This document shows positions 1-10,129 of a stretch of DNA of 64,000 bases, piece after piece. The notes below the pieces were generated by a model. That model was not told the DNA's origin. It worked only from the letters and a program-made list of their open reading frames with translations, and did no database searches. How positions within the stretch are numbered: the stretch's first letter is position 1; each line of letters opens with the position of its first letter. The stretch comes from an uncultured Chloroflexia bacterium (GTDB lineage: Bacteria; Chloroflexota; Dehalococcoidia; UBA2979). Made by a program: the position numbers and the translations under genes. The DNA lies in assembly GCA_963728205.1 (NCBI GenBank), contig CAVSIV010000006.1, forward strand, positions 416,001 to 480,000. The letters run 5' to 3'.

Positions 1-200
1 GGTAGCCGAAGAGACGGCGCGGTAGTGTCCCCACCACGCGTCAAGCGGGACGCCGCCCGACCGCGCCCCACCCCCCGTCCACATTCTGACGAACTATTGA
101 TGATTCGGCCGGTATCCGCGCGCGACCCACCCAGGGATGGTGGCTACCGTAGGTCGGCGCGCGACGCGCGACGCCGCCGTGCCGCGTTGGGAGACATGCG

Positions 201-2322
201 ATGCGCCAGAAGCTGATCGTGTTCGCCCTCGTCATGATGGGCGTCCTCGCCGGATCCCAGGGGAGCCGCGCGCTCGCGCAGGGCCCGACCAGCCTCCCGG
301 TCGATCCCGGGCCGCACGCCGCCGGCGTCGCCCACCACCCGCTGTTTGTGAAGGTGCTCGGGTACGACCACGCCGGCCGCCCGCTCCTGGCGAGCCAGGC
401 GGTGAGCGGGAACTCGCCGGCCGCCGTCCGGCACGCGTACGGCTTCGACCAGCTCTCAGCGGACGGCGCGAACCAGGTGATCGGCATCGTCGACGCCTAC
501 GACGACCCGACCGTTGAGAGCGATCTGCTCACCTTCATCGGGCAGTTCGGCGGCACGATGCACGGGCTCACGAGCGCCGACCCGTGCTCGGTGAGCGCCG
601 GCCCGCACCCGTGCTTCCAGAAGACCTACGCGCAGTCGAAGCCGCGGACCGACAGCGGCTGGGCGCTCGAGACGTCGCTCGACGTGCAGTGGGCGCACGC
701 GATCGCGCCCGGCGCAGACATCCTCCTCGTCGAGTCGCGCAGCGCCTCGTTCTCGAACCTGCTCGGCGCCGTGGACACCGCCGTCAGTGGCGGCGCGCAC
801 GTCGTCTCGATGAGCTGGGGCGGCAGCGAGTTCTCGAGCGAGCCCACCTACGACTCGTACTTCAACCGCAGCGGCGTCGTATTCACGGCGGCGTCCGGTG
901 ACAACGGCCACGGCGTGATCTACCCGTCGTCGTCGCCGTACGTCGTCGGCGTCGGCGGGACGACGCTCAGCCTCGACGGCAGCGGCAACGTCGCGAGCGA
1001 GACCGCCTGGAGCGGCTCGGGCGGCGGCGCGAGCGCCTACGAGGCCGAGCCCGGCTACCAGTCCGCCTACGGGATCCCGAGCACCGGCGGACGGCGCGGG
1101 GCACCCGACGTCGCCTACAACGGCGACCCGCAGAGCGGCGTCCCCGTGTACGACTCCACCGGCTACCAGGGCCAGTCGGGCTGGTTTGTCGTCGGCGGCA
1201 CCAGCGCCGGCGCGCCGCAGTGGGCCGCGCTCGTGGCGCTCGCCAACCAAGGACGCAGCGCGGCCCTCTCGACCAACGACCTCGCGAGCCTCGCCGTTCT
1301 ACGACGCCGCCGCCGGAACGGTGTCGTACGGCACCAACTACCGCGACATCACCTCGGGCACGAACGGCACGTGCGGGAGCGCGTGCACCGCGGTGGGCGG
1401 CTACGACCTCGTGACCGGCCTCGGCAGCCCGCGCGCGAACGCGCTCGTCCCGGCACTCTCCGGCACGTCCGGCGGCACCGGCGGCTCGCTCGCCTTCGAC
1501 ACCGCGTCGCAGTCGCTCGTCGCCGGCGCGGCGTCGAGCGGGATGACCGTGTCGCTCTCCGCGCCGTCGTCGGCCGCGGTGACGGTGACGCTGAGCACCG
1601 ACTCGGCGGGCGGAGGCTTCTCGACGACGGCCGACGGGACGTTCACGCCCACGCTGAGCCTGTCCGTCACGTCGACGAGCCCGACGTTCTACTACGCGGA
1701 CACCCGCGCCGGGAGCCCGACCCTCGCTGCGAGCGCCTCGGGGTACGCCGGTGCGACGCAAACGGAGAGCGTGAGCCCCGCCGCGCTCGCGACCGTCGCC
1801 GTGTCGCCGTCGTCGGCGAGCGTCGTGACCGGCGGCACGCAGAACTTCACCGCGAGCGGCGCCGACCAGTACGGCAACCCGGTCGACGTGAGCGGTGCGG
1901 CATGGACCGCGAACCCGACCTCGCTCGGCGCCTTCGCGCCCGCGACCGGCGCGAGCACGACCTTCACGGCCGGCGCGACGGCCGACACGGGCACGGTGAC
2001 CGCGACTGTCGGTGCGATCCAGGGGTCGGCGAGCGTCACCGTGACGGCGCTCGCGACGCCCGCCGCCCCGGCGAATCTCACGGCCGCGACGCGCGGGAAG
2101 CACATCTCGCTCAGCTGGGACGCGTCGACAGGCGCCACCAGTTACAACGTCTACCGCGGGACCGCGTCCGGGACCGAGTCGCTCTACTCGAGCGGCCTCA
2201 CCGGGACATCCGCGAACGACATGGCGACGGCTTCGGGCAGCACGTACTACTACACCGTCACCGCCGTGAACGCCGCGGGCGAGAGCGTGCCATCGAACGA
2301 GGTGAGCGCCACCGCCCGGTGA
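201..2322 (+). CDS. Secreted S53 (sedolisin/kumamolisin-like) peptidase with C-terminal Ig-like and fibronectin type III domains; one frameshift near 1290
   Basis: Signal peptide MRQKLIVFALVMMGVLAG. S53 motifs ETSLDVQWAHAIAPGA, SMSWG, ASGDNG, YPSSSPYVVGVGGT and GGTSAGAP in ORF 201. Continues in ORF 1186..2322 with DITSGTNG..GYDLVTGLGSP, VAVSPSSASV..QNFTASGADQYGN (Ig) and LSWDAS..SYNVYRG..YYYTVTAVNAAGES (Fn3). Confidence 0.88.
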
Positions 2323-2327
2323 TCCGG

Positions 2328-2378
2328 GGGCGGGGCGAGTGGGTGGGCCGGGCAAATCCCCCACCCCTCGCTCCGCCC
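2328..2378 (+). terminator. GC-rich hairpin after the peptidase gene
   Basis: gggcggggcgagtgggtggg ... cccacccctcgctccgccc inverted repeat directly after the stop codon; no U-tract. Confidence 0.45.
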
Positions 2379-2500
2379 ATGCCCGGCCGCAGCGCGACGA
2401 TATGCGTCTGATAGCTGACGTCCGCGGGTGCAATGGGTTCTCAACTCGCGGTGCGTAGAGTCCCCTCCGGCGGGACCGTCGGCGCGGGGGCGCCGCCGCG

Positions 2501-3370
2501 ATGCACCAGAGTCCTGCATCCCTCTTCAACTTCAACATCGGCGGCCCCGAGGGGGAGGCGCTGCGGGAGCGGACGCGGCTGCTCGCCGCGTCGTGGTCGG
2601 CCGTCATGGCCGCCGAGTCGTCGTCCGCACTGGGGACGCTCCGCCGGCTGCTCGCACTGAGCGAGGCGGAGCCGCGCGCGGCCGACGCGCTCGCGCGCGT
2701 CATCCTCGACCGCGAGTGCGACGTCCGCGCCCCGACCGGGTCGTCCGCGCTCGACCGCGCGCGCCTGCTCGACACCTGTCGCGCGGCGGTGGGACGCGCC
2801 GGCTACCGTCGCGCGCACTCGGTCGCGCTGGCCGGTTCGGCGATCGCCACGTGGGATGCGCCGCGACCCGGCCCGGAGGGCGCGCGCCACTGGCGTCACG
2901 CCGTGGCGACCGCGGCGCTCTGCGCGCTCGGCGCCGAGACGCGCCCCGCGCTACGCGAGCGCGCCGTTGCGGCAGGGCTGCTGCACGGGCTGGGCGACCT
3001 CGCGCTGCGCCTCGCGCGCGCCGAGGGGCGGTCGCCGGCCGTGGCTGCCGTCGCGATCGGCGCCCAGGTCGCGACCCGACTGCACCTCCCTGAGTGGATC
3101 GCGCCGATCGCCGGCGACTGCGGCGCCGCCGCGGCGCCTGACGCCGGCGGACTCTTCCGCCTGACCGCTGCGGCATGCGCGGCCGCATCCGCGGCCGGCT
3201 TCGCCCCGGCCGGCGGCACGCCGGCAGCGGTCGCGTCCCCGGACGCCGGAGAGCGGCTCCTCGCCGCATTGCGTGTGCGCGGGGGCGCCGCGCGGCTCGA
3301 GCGCGAGGTCGAGACCGCGTTCGTGGCGGCGCGCGCGGGCACGCTCGCGGCGTTGGAGGACGCGGAGTAG
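2501..3370 (+). CDS. HDOD-domain-like protein
   Basis: HWRHAVATA..AVAAGLLHGLG(D)..AIGAQVA..LHLPEWI matches the HDOD pattern W-H..AGLLHD(L/I)G..W-LP. Confidence 0.65.
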   Translation: MHQSPASLFNFNIGGPEGEALRERTRLLAASWSAVMAAESSSALGTLRRLLALSEAEPRAADALARVILDRECDVRAPTGSSALDRARLLDTCRAAVGRAGYRRAHSVALAGSAIATWDAPRPGPEGARHWRHAVATAALCALGAETRPALRERAVAAGLLHGLGDLALRLARAEGRSPAVAAVAIGAQVATRLHLPEWIAPIAGDCGAAAAPDAGGLFRLTAAACAAASAAGFAPAGGTPAAVASPDAGERLLAALRVRGGAARLEREVETAFVAARAGTLAALEDAE

Positions 3371-3438
3371 CCGGGGCGACGGCCCCCTCCGCGGCGCAGA
3401 TGCGGGCCGGGGCAGCGCCGGGGCGCGCTCACTCGCGG

Positions 3439-5625
3439 CTACGGCGCCGCGTCGAGCCGCTGCTGGTAGCTGCCGTCCACCGGCGCGATCCACTGCGCCG
3501 TCCCGCCCGCCGGCGGGTACGACGAGAACACCAGGAACCGGCCGTCCGGCGTCCACGCCGGCGCGAAGTCGTCGTCGGGGTCGTGCGAGATGCGCGTCAC
3601 GCCCGAGCCGTCGGTGCGCGCCACGTACACCTCGACGTTGCCGCCGCGGTCCGAGAGGAACGCGATGCGGCTGCCGTCGGGCGAGACGACCGCAGCGGCG
3701 TCGCCCTGCGTCGTCGCGACGTCGGCGGCCGGGTCGTGCGTGAGGTTCACGACGTCGCTGCCATCGGGCTGCATCAGGTAGAGGTCCCAGTCGCCGGTGC
3801 GCTTCGAGAAGAACGCGATGCGCCCGTCCGGGAGGTAGGCCGGGCCGACGTCGCGGCCGGGGCCGGGCGTGAGCGTCGCGGGCACGCCGCCGCCCGCGCC
3901 GACCACGAAGATGTCGCTCTCGGAGGAGTCGCGCGTCGACTCGAAGACGAGGCGCGTGCCGTCGGGCGACCAGGCCGGCGCGCCGTCGGAGCCGCCGGCG
4001 GTGGCGAGCGCGTACCAGCGGCCGCTCGCGACGTCCACGACGAGGAGGTGCGTCGGCGCGCCGGGCAGCGCGTTCGCCTGCACGCTGTCCATCAGCGCGA
4101 GGCGCGTGCCGTCGGGCGACCACGCCGGCGCGACCGGGTAGGCCTCGCCGTTCAGCCGCACGACCAGCCGCGCGCCCGAGCCGTCGGCGTTCGCCACCGC
4201 CAGCCACCACGCCCCGCCCGACAGCTCGTAGAAGGCGACGCGCGCGTGATCGGGCGACCACGCCGGCAGGAACGCCGGCGCCTCCACCAGCGGCACGGGG
4301 TCGAACGGCTCGAGGTGCGACACGCACAGTTCGCCGTTCGCGCAACTCACCGCGACGAGCGTCGACGGGTCGGGGCGCGCCGCCGGCGGGCGCGTCGAGC
4401 GCGCGATGCGCAGCAGGTCGACGAAGGGCGCGCCGGTGCTCTCGAGTACGGCCGCGACGCCGTGGTCGGCCCACGCGAGCCGCTCGCGGCCGTCGACCTG
4501 CGTGCGATAGCCGTCGACGCCGTCGATGGAGACGCGCGCGCCGACGCGCAGCGCCGCGGGGAGGCCGCCCGCCTGCAGCCGCTCGGTGAGCGGAATCACG
4601 GCGTCGTGTCCCGCCGCCACGGTGGCCGCCGCGACGGTGCGGCAGGCGTCGTCGGTCGACGTGGCGGAGCCGGAGCCGCGGAAGCCCGCCGGCAGGTAGC
4701 CCGGCTGGAGAAAGCCGGCCGGCATGTCGAACGAGCGCGTGCTACCGGAGACCGAGCAGGCGCCCGTCGCGCGCGGCGTCGCGGTCGCGCCGGCCGGCGG
4801 GCGGAACGTCGTCCGGGCGGGGTCGACGTAGGCGCCGGGCTCGAAGTCCGTCACCGTCGCGGAGTACGACTGCCCCCCGGCGCCGCCATCCACCGACCAG
4901 CGCAGGATCACCATGCGCTGCAGGTCGAGCCAGATGCGTCCCGCGCCGCTCGCCCGCTGCACCGCCGCGGGCGCGGCGGCCGTGCCGGCGGCAACGCCGG
5001 ACCCGGCGCCGCGAGCCGGCGCGCTGGCGGCGACCACGCTCGCCGCCGCGGGATGGAAGTCGAGGACGACGACGTCGCGGCCCAGCAGGCAATCGTCGCC
5101 CGCGACGGCGATCGACGGCAGCACGGGGCGCCAGCGTGCGAGGAAGTCGGCGAGGTCGCGGCCGCTCGTCGGGCCTACCGGCGCGTCGAAGGTCGGCGGC
5201 AGCACGGCGCCCGGCGGAAGCGCGGGCAGGTCGCTGCGGCGGTACTCGCCGGTGCGGTCGTCGTACTCCCACAGCGAATGCCCGTCCGCGACCGTGGTCA
5301 CGGTGCCGGCGTCGAGCGCGGGGTGATCGGTGCGGATCTCCCAGCGCCAGAGCGTCGGAGACTGGTACCACCAGCGCAGGGTGAGCTGCGACTGTGGGGA
5401 GCGGAACGGCTCGACCGCGGCGATCGACGGGTCGGCGGGCGCGGCCACCTGGACGGTCGCCTCGACGTAGAACGGACCCGCGGAGGCAAGCAGCGTGCCG
5501 CGCTCGCCGGGTCCCACGAGAACGAACGCCGCGAGCGCGCCGGCGACGACGACGCCGGCGCTCAGCGCGACCCACGGCAGCCAGGGGCGGCGAGCCGACG
5601 GGCGCAGACGCGCGGGGGCCACCAT
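3439..5625 (-). CDS. Membrane-anchored protein: TM + LolA-like domain + PxYLPxGF (DUF4367-like) segment + TolB/PD40 beta-propeller
   Basis: N-terminal TM WVALSAGVVVAGALAAFVLV; LRWWYQSPTLWRWE..TVADGHSLWEYD; TFRPPAGA; PGYLPAGF; five or more PAWSPDG-type repeats. Start chosen at ATG 5625 (ATG 5679 also possible). Confidence 0.75.
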   Translation of the reverse strand: MVAPARLRPSARRPWLPWVALSAGVVVAGALAAFVLVGPGERGTLLASAGPFYVEATVQVAAPADPSIAAVEPFRSPQSQLTLRWWYQSPTLWRWEIRTDHPALDAGTVTTVADGHSLWEYDDRTGEYRRSDLPALPPGAVLPPTFDAPVGPTSGRDLADFLARWRPVLPSIAVAGDDCLLGRDVVVLDFHPAAASVVAASAPARGAGSGVAAGTAAAPAAVQRASGAGRIWLDLQRMVILRWSVDGGAGGQSYSATVTDFEPGAYVDPARTTFRPPAGATATPRATGACSVSGSTRSFDMPAGFLQPGYLPAGFRGSGSATSTDDACRTVAAATVAAGHDAVIPLTERLQAGGLPAALRVGARVSIDGVDGYRTQVDGRERLAWADHGVAAVLESTGAPFVDLLRIARSTRPPAARPDPSTLVAVSCANGELCVSHLEPFDPVPLVEAPAFLPAWSPDHARVAFYELSGGAWWLAVANADGSGARLVVRLNGEAYPVAPAWSPDGTRLALMDSVQANALPGAPTHLLVVDVASGRWYALATAGGSDGAPAWSPDGTRLVFESTRDSSESDIFVVGAGGGVPATLTPGPGRDVGPAYLPDGRIAFFSKRTGDWDLYLMQPDGSDVVNLTHDPAADVATTQGDAAAVVSPDGSRIAFLSDRGGNVEVYVARTDGSGVTRISHDPDDDFAPAWTPDGRFLVFSSYPPAGGTAQWIAPVDGSYQQRLDAAP

Positions 5626-6100
5626 GCCGCGGTTCACCGTGCGTCGGTCCGGTGCGCCACCGTCGGCGCCCGTGCTCATCGCGGAGCGCCCCGGGCGCGC
5701 GACGGGCGGCGCGAGCCGATTGGCCGGAACGGCATCAGCGGTTCTCCCGGTGTCCACGCGGCGACAGGCTGCGGTGGGCGCGGCGGCGCCGCCCACGGGC
5801 GCCGCCCACCGAGCGCACGCTCCGCGACCGGCGGGCTGCCGGGCCCGTCGCATCTACGATCCGCAGGGTATCCCGGGGCGGGAAGAGCGACTCGAGTTCC
5901 TGCGGAAACCGGCGCCGAGGGTCCACGCGAACTGATGGTGCAGACCCGCGAGCGTCGCGCGCGCATTGCAGATGGCCGGCCCGCTGGCGAATGCGCTCGC
6001 GATCCCCTTGCAACTCCCCGATCCTGGTCCGAGCCGCACACGCTCACGGCAACCCGCCGCCGAACCCGATCGTTCCTCACCATTGCAGGAGGGGCCCGTC

Positions 6101-7120
6101 ATGCCCGTGCACGTTCGCCTCGCCCCGATCCCTCGCCGCGCCGGCTTGCTGGCGGGCGTCGCCGTCTTCGTCATCGCGCTCGCGGCCGTCGCCGGCGCGC
6201 GCACCGCGTCGGGCGCGGCCCTCTCCGTCGCGGCGTCGCCGTCGACGGTCGATGCCTCCGGCGTCGTGGTGCTCACGGTCGCCGCGTCCCCGACGGCGGG
6301 TGCGCTGACCGTGTCCACCGCGGCCGGCGCGCTGACGGTCGACGGCAGCCTCACGACGCAGTCGTGCGCGGGGGGCGCGGCGGCGTGCACGGGCGTGACC
6401 GGGAGCGGCACCGCCAGCGTGACCATCCCGCTCGCGGGGAACGACCTCTCGACCGTCGTGCTGACGTTCGAGGCGCCGGCCACCGCCGGCTCGACGGTCG
6501 TCACCGCGAGCCAGGCCGGCGCCAGAGCCACCGCCACCGTCACGGTGCGCGCGGCGACGGGCGGGCCGGGCACGATCACCGCGGGGTCGATCCCCACGAA
6601 CGGCGGGTTCGGGCTCGTCGTGTTCGGCGGCGGGACGTACGACCAGCTCGTGGCGGCCGCGGCCTGCCCCGGCCAGGTGTCGTTCTGGGCGACGAGCGGT
6701 GGGCAGTTCGTGCTCTACCTCCCCGGCGCGCCGGCCGCCGTGAACGCCCCGTTCCAGGCGATGTTCGCCGGCGGCACGATCCCGGCCGGCACGCCGCTGA
6801 TCGGGCAGTGCGTCGCGGCCTCGGGCGTCGAGGGCACGGTGACGCTCGGGCCGACCCAGCCGGTGTGCATCGCGGGCCAGCCGTGCTCGCGGCCGTACCA
6901 GGCGACGCTCGACGTCCAGGACGCGAGCGGGGCGCTCGTCGCGGAGACGCAGTCGGACGCCGCCGGACAGTACCGCCTGGGCCTGCAGCCGGGGCACTAC
7001 ACCATCGTCCCGCTGAGCCCCCCGGGGCAGATGCTGCCGCGCGCGGCATCGGTCGAGGTCGACGTGCCGGCCGGGCAGTTCGTCACGGTGGATATCGCAT
7101 ACGACTCCGGCATTCGCTGA
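6101..7120 (+). CDS. Secreted protein with 'GGFGLVVFGGGT..GAPAAVNAPF' module and C-terminal carboxypeptidase-regulatory-like (transthyretin-type) domain
   Basis: RBS aggagggg before ATG 6101; signal peptide; GVEGTVTLGP..SDAAGQYRLGLQPGHYTI..YDSGIR at the C-terminus. Confidence 0.7.
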   Translation: MPVHVRLAPIPRRAGLLAGVAVFVIALAAVAGARTASGAALSVAASPSTVDASGVVVLTVAASPTAGALTVSTAAGALTVDGSLTTQSCAGGAAACTGVTGSGTASVTIPLAGNDLSTVVLTFEAPATAGSTVVTASQAGARATATVTVRAATGGPGTITAGSIPTNGGFGLVVFGGGTYDQLVAAAACPGQVSFWATSGGQFVLYLPGAPAAVNAPFQAMFAGGTIPAGTPLIGQCVAASGVEGTVTLGPTQPVCIAGQPCSRPYQATLDVQDASGALVAETQSDAAGQYRLGLQPGHYTIVPLSPPGQMLPRAASVEVDVPAGQFVTVDIAYDSGIR

Positions 7121-7232
7121 CCGCAAGGCCTTCATTGCGGCGCCGGCCGGTCGATGCTCTAGGTATCTCCCCAGAGAACCGGAACCACACCTTGGACCGA
7201 CTCACGACCCACGTGCGCGCAACGCTCCGCCC

Positions 7233-7562
7233 GTGGCACGACGGCGCGCCGCCGGACCGCGTCCCCGAGATTTCAGCGGGGCCGCCCGGCTGCTCGGGAT
7301 CGGCATCGACGGGGCCACCCTCGAGGTCCACGACGACCTCATGGAGGGCGACGCGATTGCGATTGCGTTCGCGTATCGCAACCGCTCGTTCACGCTGCAC
7401 GCGACGGTGCTGACCGCCGAGGACGAGGAGGCGCCGGGCGACGACAACGCCCCGCCGACCGTCATCACCGTGCGCTTCGAGAACGTGCCCCCGCTGACGG
7501 CCGGCCGGCTGGCGAGCGTGCTCGACGCGCGGACGACCGCGCCGCGTCGCCGCGCCGGGTAG
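7233..7562 (+). CDS. Small PilZ-like beta-barrel protein (true start possibly near 7191, shifted frame)
   Basis: ARLLGIGIDGATL..GDAIAIAF..FTLHATVL..VRFENVPP resembles the PilZ D/NxSxxG..G..(L/V)xF pattern. Confidence 0.45.
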   Translation: MARRRAAGPRPRDFSGAARLLGIGIDGATLEVHDDLMEGDAIAIAFAYRNRSFTLHATVLTAEDEEAPGDDNAPPTVITVRFENVPPLTAGRLASVLDARTTAPRRRAG

Positions 7563-7584
7563 GCACGCCGGGTAGGCACGCCGG
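7553..7584. repeat. 13-bp tandem duplication across a stop codon
   Basis: cgccgggtaggca twice (7553-7565, 7566-7578) followed by cgccgg. Confidence 0.8.
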
Positions 7585-7689
7585 TTGCGGCCGCGTCACG
7601 ACGAGCCCAGGCTGGGCTCGCGACGCGGCACCCTCGCGCGCTGCAAGCAGGCGGCGCCCGCATCGGGTCGCGCGGAAGGACGTCCCGAC

Positions 7690-8938
7690 GTGCGCCGACC
7701 GGGCCTCCCGCGCCTCGCGGTGCTCACGCTCGCCGTCGTCGCGGCGCTCGCCGCCGGGTGCGCCTTGCGCGGCGCCGCGCCGTCGACCGCCACGCCCGCT
7801 CGGACGTCTGTGCCGACCGCCGACCCGACCGTCTCCGCCACACCCACGGCAGCGGCCACCGCCGTCGCAACGCCGCCGCCGACAGCGACCCCGCCGCCCA
7901 CCACGGACGCGGAGGTGCAGCGGCTGATCCATGCCGTCGAGTCGAAGGACGTCGACGCGCTGGCGTCCTTCGTCGCGTACACGCAGATCGCGTGCGGCAG
8001 CACGGCCGCGCTGGCGAGCCCGCCCGAGCCGCCGTGCGAGGACGATCCGCCGGGCACGCTCGTCGACGCCTTCTCGGCGGGCGTCTGCGCTCCCGTCTGG
8101 CACCGCGACGCGCGCCCCATGCTCGAGCGCTTCGTGGAGCGCGCGGGGCCCCTGTTCGCGGTGATCGACGGGCCGAGCCAGCCGGTGGAGTTCTCGCCGG
8201 GCGGCGCGGAGGGCCCGCGCGAGTCGCCTCCCGGCGACCGGCGCGTGGTCTTCACTGCCCAGCCCGCCGACGACGTGCTCGGGTACGTGGCCGTGCTCGA
8301 CGGTGGGCGGCTCGTGGCGCTCTGGCTGGGGTGCACCGGCCCCGACTGGCAGCTACTCCAGTGGGCGACGCCGCCCCCGGCGATTGGCGAGCGCGGCCCG
8401 GCGTTCGTCGCGTCGACGCCGGTCCCCACGCAGGCGCCGACCGCCAGCCCTGCCGAGCTCGCGGCCGTCCCGCGCGGGACCCACACGGGGATTCCGGCCG
8501 TCGACGCGATCCTGGACGCGGTCGCCACGCACGACCCGGCGCGGGTGCGGGCGGTGCTGGGGACGAGGCGGATGCAATGCACCTACGCCGGGGTCGTCGG
8601 CGGCCCGCCGCCCTGCGCGAACGGCGAGCAGGAGGCGACGCTCGTCGACGCGTTCCTCGAGGCCGGGTGCGAGGGCTACTGGGCGCCCCCCGATCCAGAT
8701 CGGGTGTCGCAGGCGATCGCGGACGTCGCCGCCGGCGAGCTCTACGCCGTCACCGCTCCCGGATCGTGGGAGACGTACGACATCATCTACAAGGCGGCGC
8801 GACGGCGGCCAGGTACTCGTCATCGACGGCGGCCGCGTGGTCGGCCGCATTGGTCTGGGTTGCGGGACCGCGGAGAGTTTCGCTCAGTCGAATGTGATCC
8901 TGCGCGGCCCGGCCTGGCCGGGGAACGAGGAGAGGTGA
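7690..8938 (+). CDS. Lipoprotein with two tandem copies of an unnamed Cys-containing helical module; frameshift near 8795
   Basis: Lipobox LAAGC and T/P linker; repeats ..AVESKDVDALASFVAYTQIAC..PPC..GTLVDAF..C and ..AVATHDPARVRAVLGTRRMQC..PPC..ATLVDAF..GC; C-terminus in the frame of ORF 8303..8938. Confidence 0.7.
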
Positions 8939-8940
8939 CG

Positions 8941-9231
8941 ATGTCTCAGCGCGCGACCCGGAACCCGGAATCCGACCTCGCCGTGCATCCCGGCGAGCTC
9001 CTTGCCGAGGAGCTGGAGGCGCGCGCGCTCACTCAGAAGCAGCTGGCAACTGCGATGGGGCGGCCGCCGCAGGCGATCAACGAGATCGTGCGCGGGCGCA
9101 AGGCGATCACGGCGGACACGGCGTTGCAGCTCGAGCAGGTGTTCGACATGCCGGCACGCTTCTGGCTCAACCTGCAGGCTGCGTACGACCTCACGCTGGC
9201 GCGAGAACGGCAGCGGCGAAACACCGCCTAG
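8941..9231 (+). CDS. higA: HigA-family addiction module antitoxin (orphan)
   Basis: HPGELLAEELEAR..LTQKQLA..AINEIVRGRKAITADTALQLEQVF..ARFWLNLQAAYDL is the canonical HigA HTH pattern; RBS gaggagagg. Confidence 0.92.
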   Translation: MSQRATRNPESDLAVHPGELLAEELEARALTQKQLATAMGRPPQAINEIVRGRKAITADTALQLEQVFDMPARFWLNLQAAYDLTLARERQRRNTA

Positions 9232-9289
9232 CCCTTCGGTCTCCGATGACAGCGGGCCGGCGGCGACCCCCGCCCCGGTCGACCGGCCC

Positions 9290-9694
9290 TCACGAGCGAG
9301 CGGCGTCGACCGGCGTTCCCTCCGCCTCTCGCGGCCCGGAGGTCAGCGCAGCGGCCAGTGCGGCGAGCGACACCAGCAGCAGCGGCGAGACGCCGGCGTA
9401 GAGCACCACGGTCGTGCCGTCCGCGCCGGGCAGGCCCCACGCGAGCACTGCCAGCTGGCCCAGCTGCGCGACGAGGACCGCGGCGACGGCAAGCCGGTCG
9501 GCCGCGCCGCGCATGGCGGCTCGCAGCAGGACCCGGATCGCGCGGCTCCAGCACCACGCGGCGGCGAGCGCCACCACCAGCGCGGCCGCGACGGCGACGG
9601 ACGGGCCGCGGAGCACCGCCGCTACGAGCAGCAGCACCGGCACGACCCACTGCGCGACGAGCGCGATGGCGGCGGGGCGCGAGAGGTCCGTCAT
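9290..9694 (-). CDS. Small integral membrane protein (about 4 TM)
   Basis: MTDLSRPAAIALVAQWVVPVLLLV.. with hydrophobic stretches throughout. Confidence 0.55.
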   Translation of the reverse strand: MTDLSRPAAIALVAQWVVPVLLLVAAVLRGPSVAVAAALVVALAAAWCWSRAIRVLLRAAMRGAADRLAVAAVLVAQLGQLAVLAWGLPGADGTTVVLYAGVSPLLLVSLAALAAALTSGPREAEGTPVDAARS

Positions 9695-9864
9695 TCGACG
9701 ATTCACGATGCGAGTATCCACTGCACACTCCGGGCGCGCGGCAGGCGTCCGAGCCTGCCGTATGCAGTGTGCACCTCCGCGAGACAGGTGGCGGCCCCTC
9801 CACGCGGGTCGACGCCGCCACTGCACACGGTGGGCGTGAAGCCCGCCGCGCGCGGAAGCTCCGC

Positions 9865-10020
9865 TTACGCGCCCGGCCGCTCCCGGCGGCGTGCCCGCCA
9901 TACGAACGCGCCCGCGCCGGCCACCGCCAGCGCGATCGCCGCGCCGATCGGCGCCGCGGCCATCCAGGGCGGGCTCGTTCCGCGGGACGATTCCGCGGCG
10001 TCGAGCGCCGCGACCATCGT
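9865..10020 (-). pseudogene. Orphan C-terminal membrane anchor fragment
   Basis: SSRGTSPPWMAAAPIGAAIALAVAGAGAFVWRARRR (TM plus basic tail) with no upstream domain. Confidence 0.35.
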
Positions 10021-10129
10021 CCACACCCCACCGACCGTGACACGCCGGGAGCACCGATCTACGTTGCGGGGGGATCGCAACGAACCGATCGCGGCGCGTC
10101 GGGCGGGCGCGCCAGGATGTGGACCACGC

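Noticed and set aside
7585-9231. Apparent lipoprotein-HigA fusion (548-aa ORF)
   Set aside because: It arises from the frameshift near 8795; higA has its own RBS and ATG at 8941.
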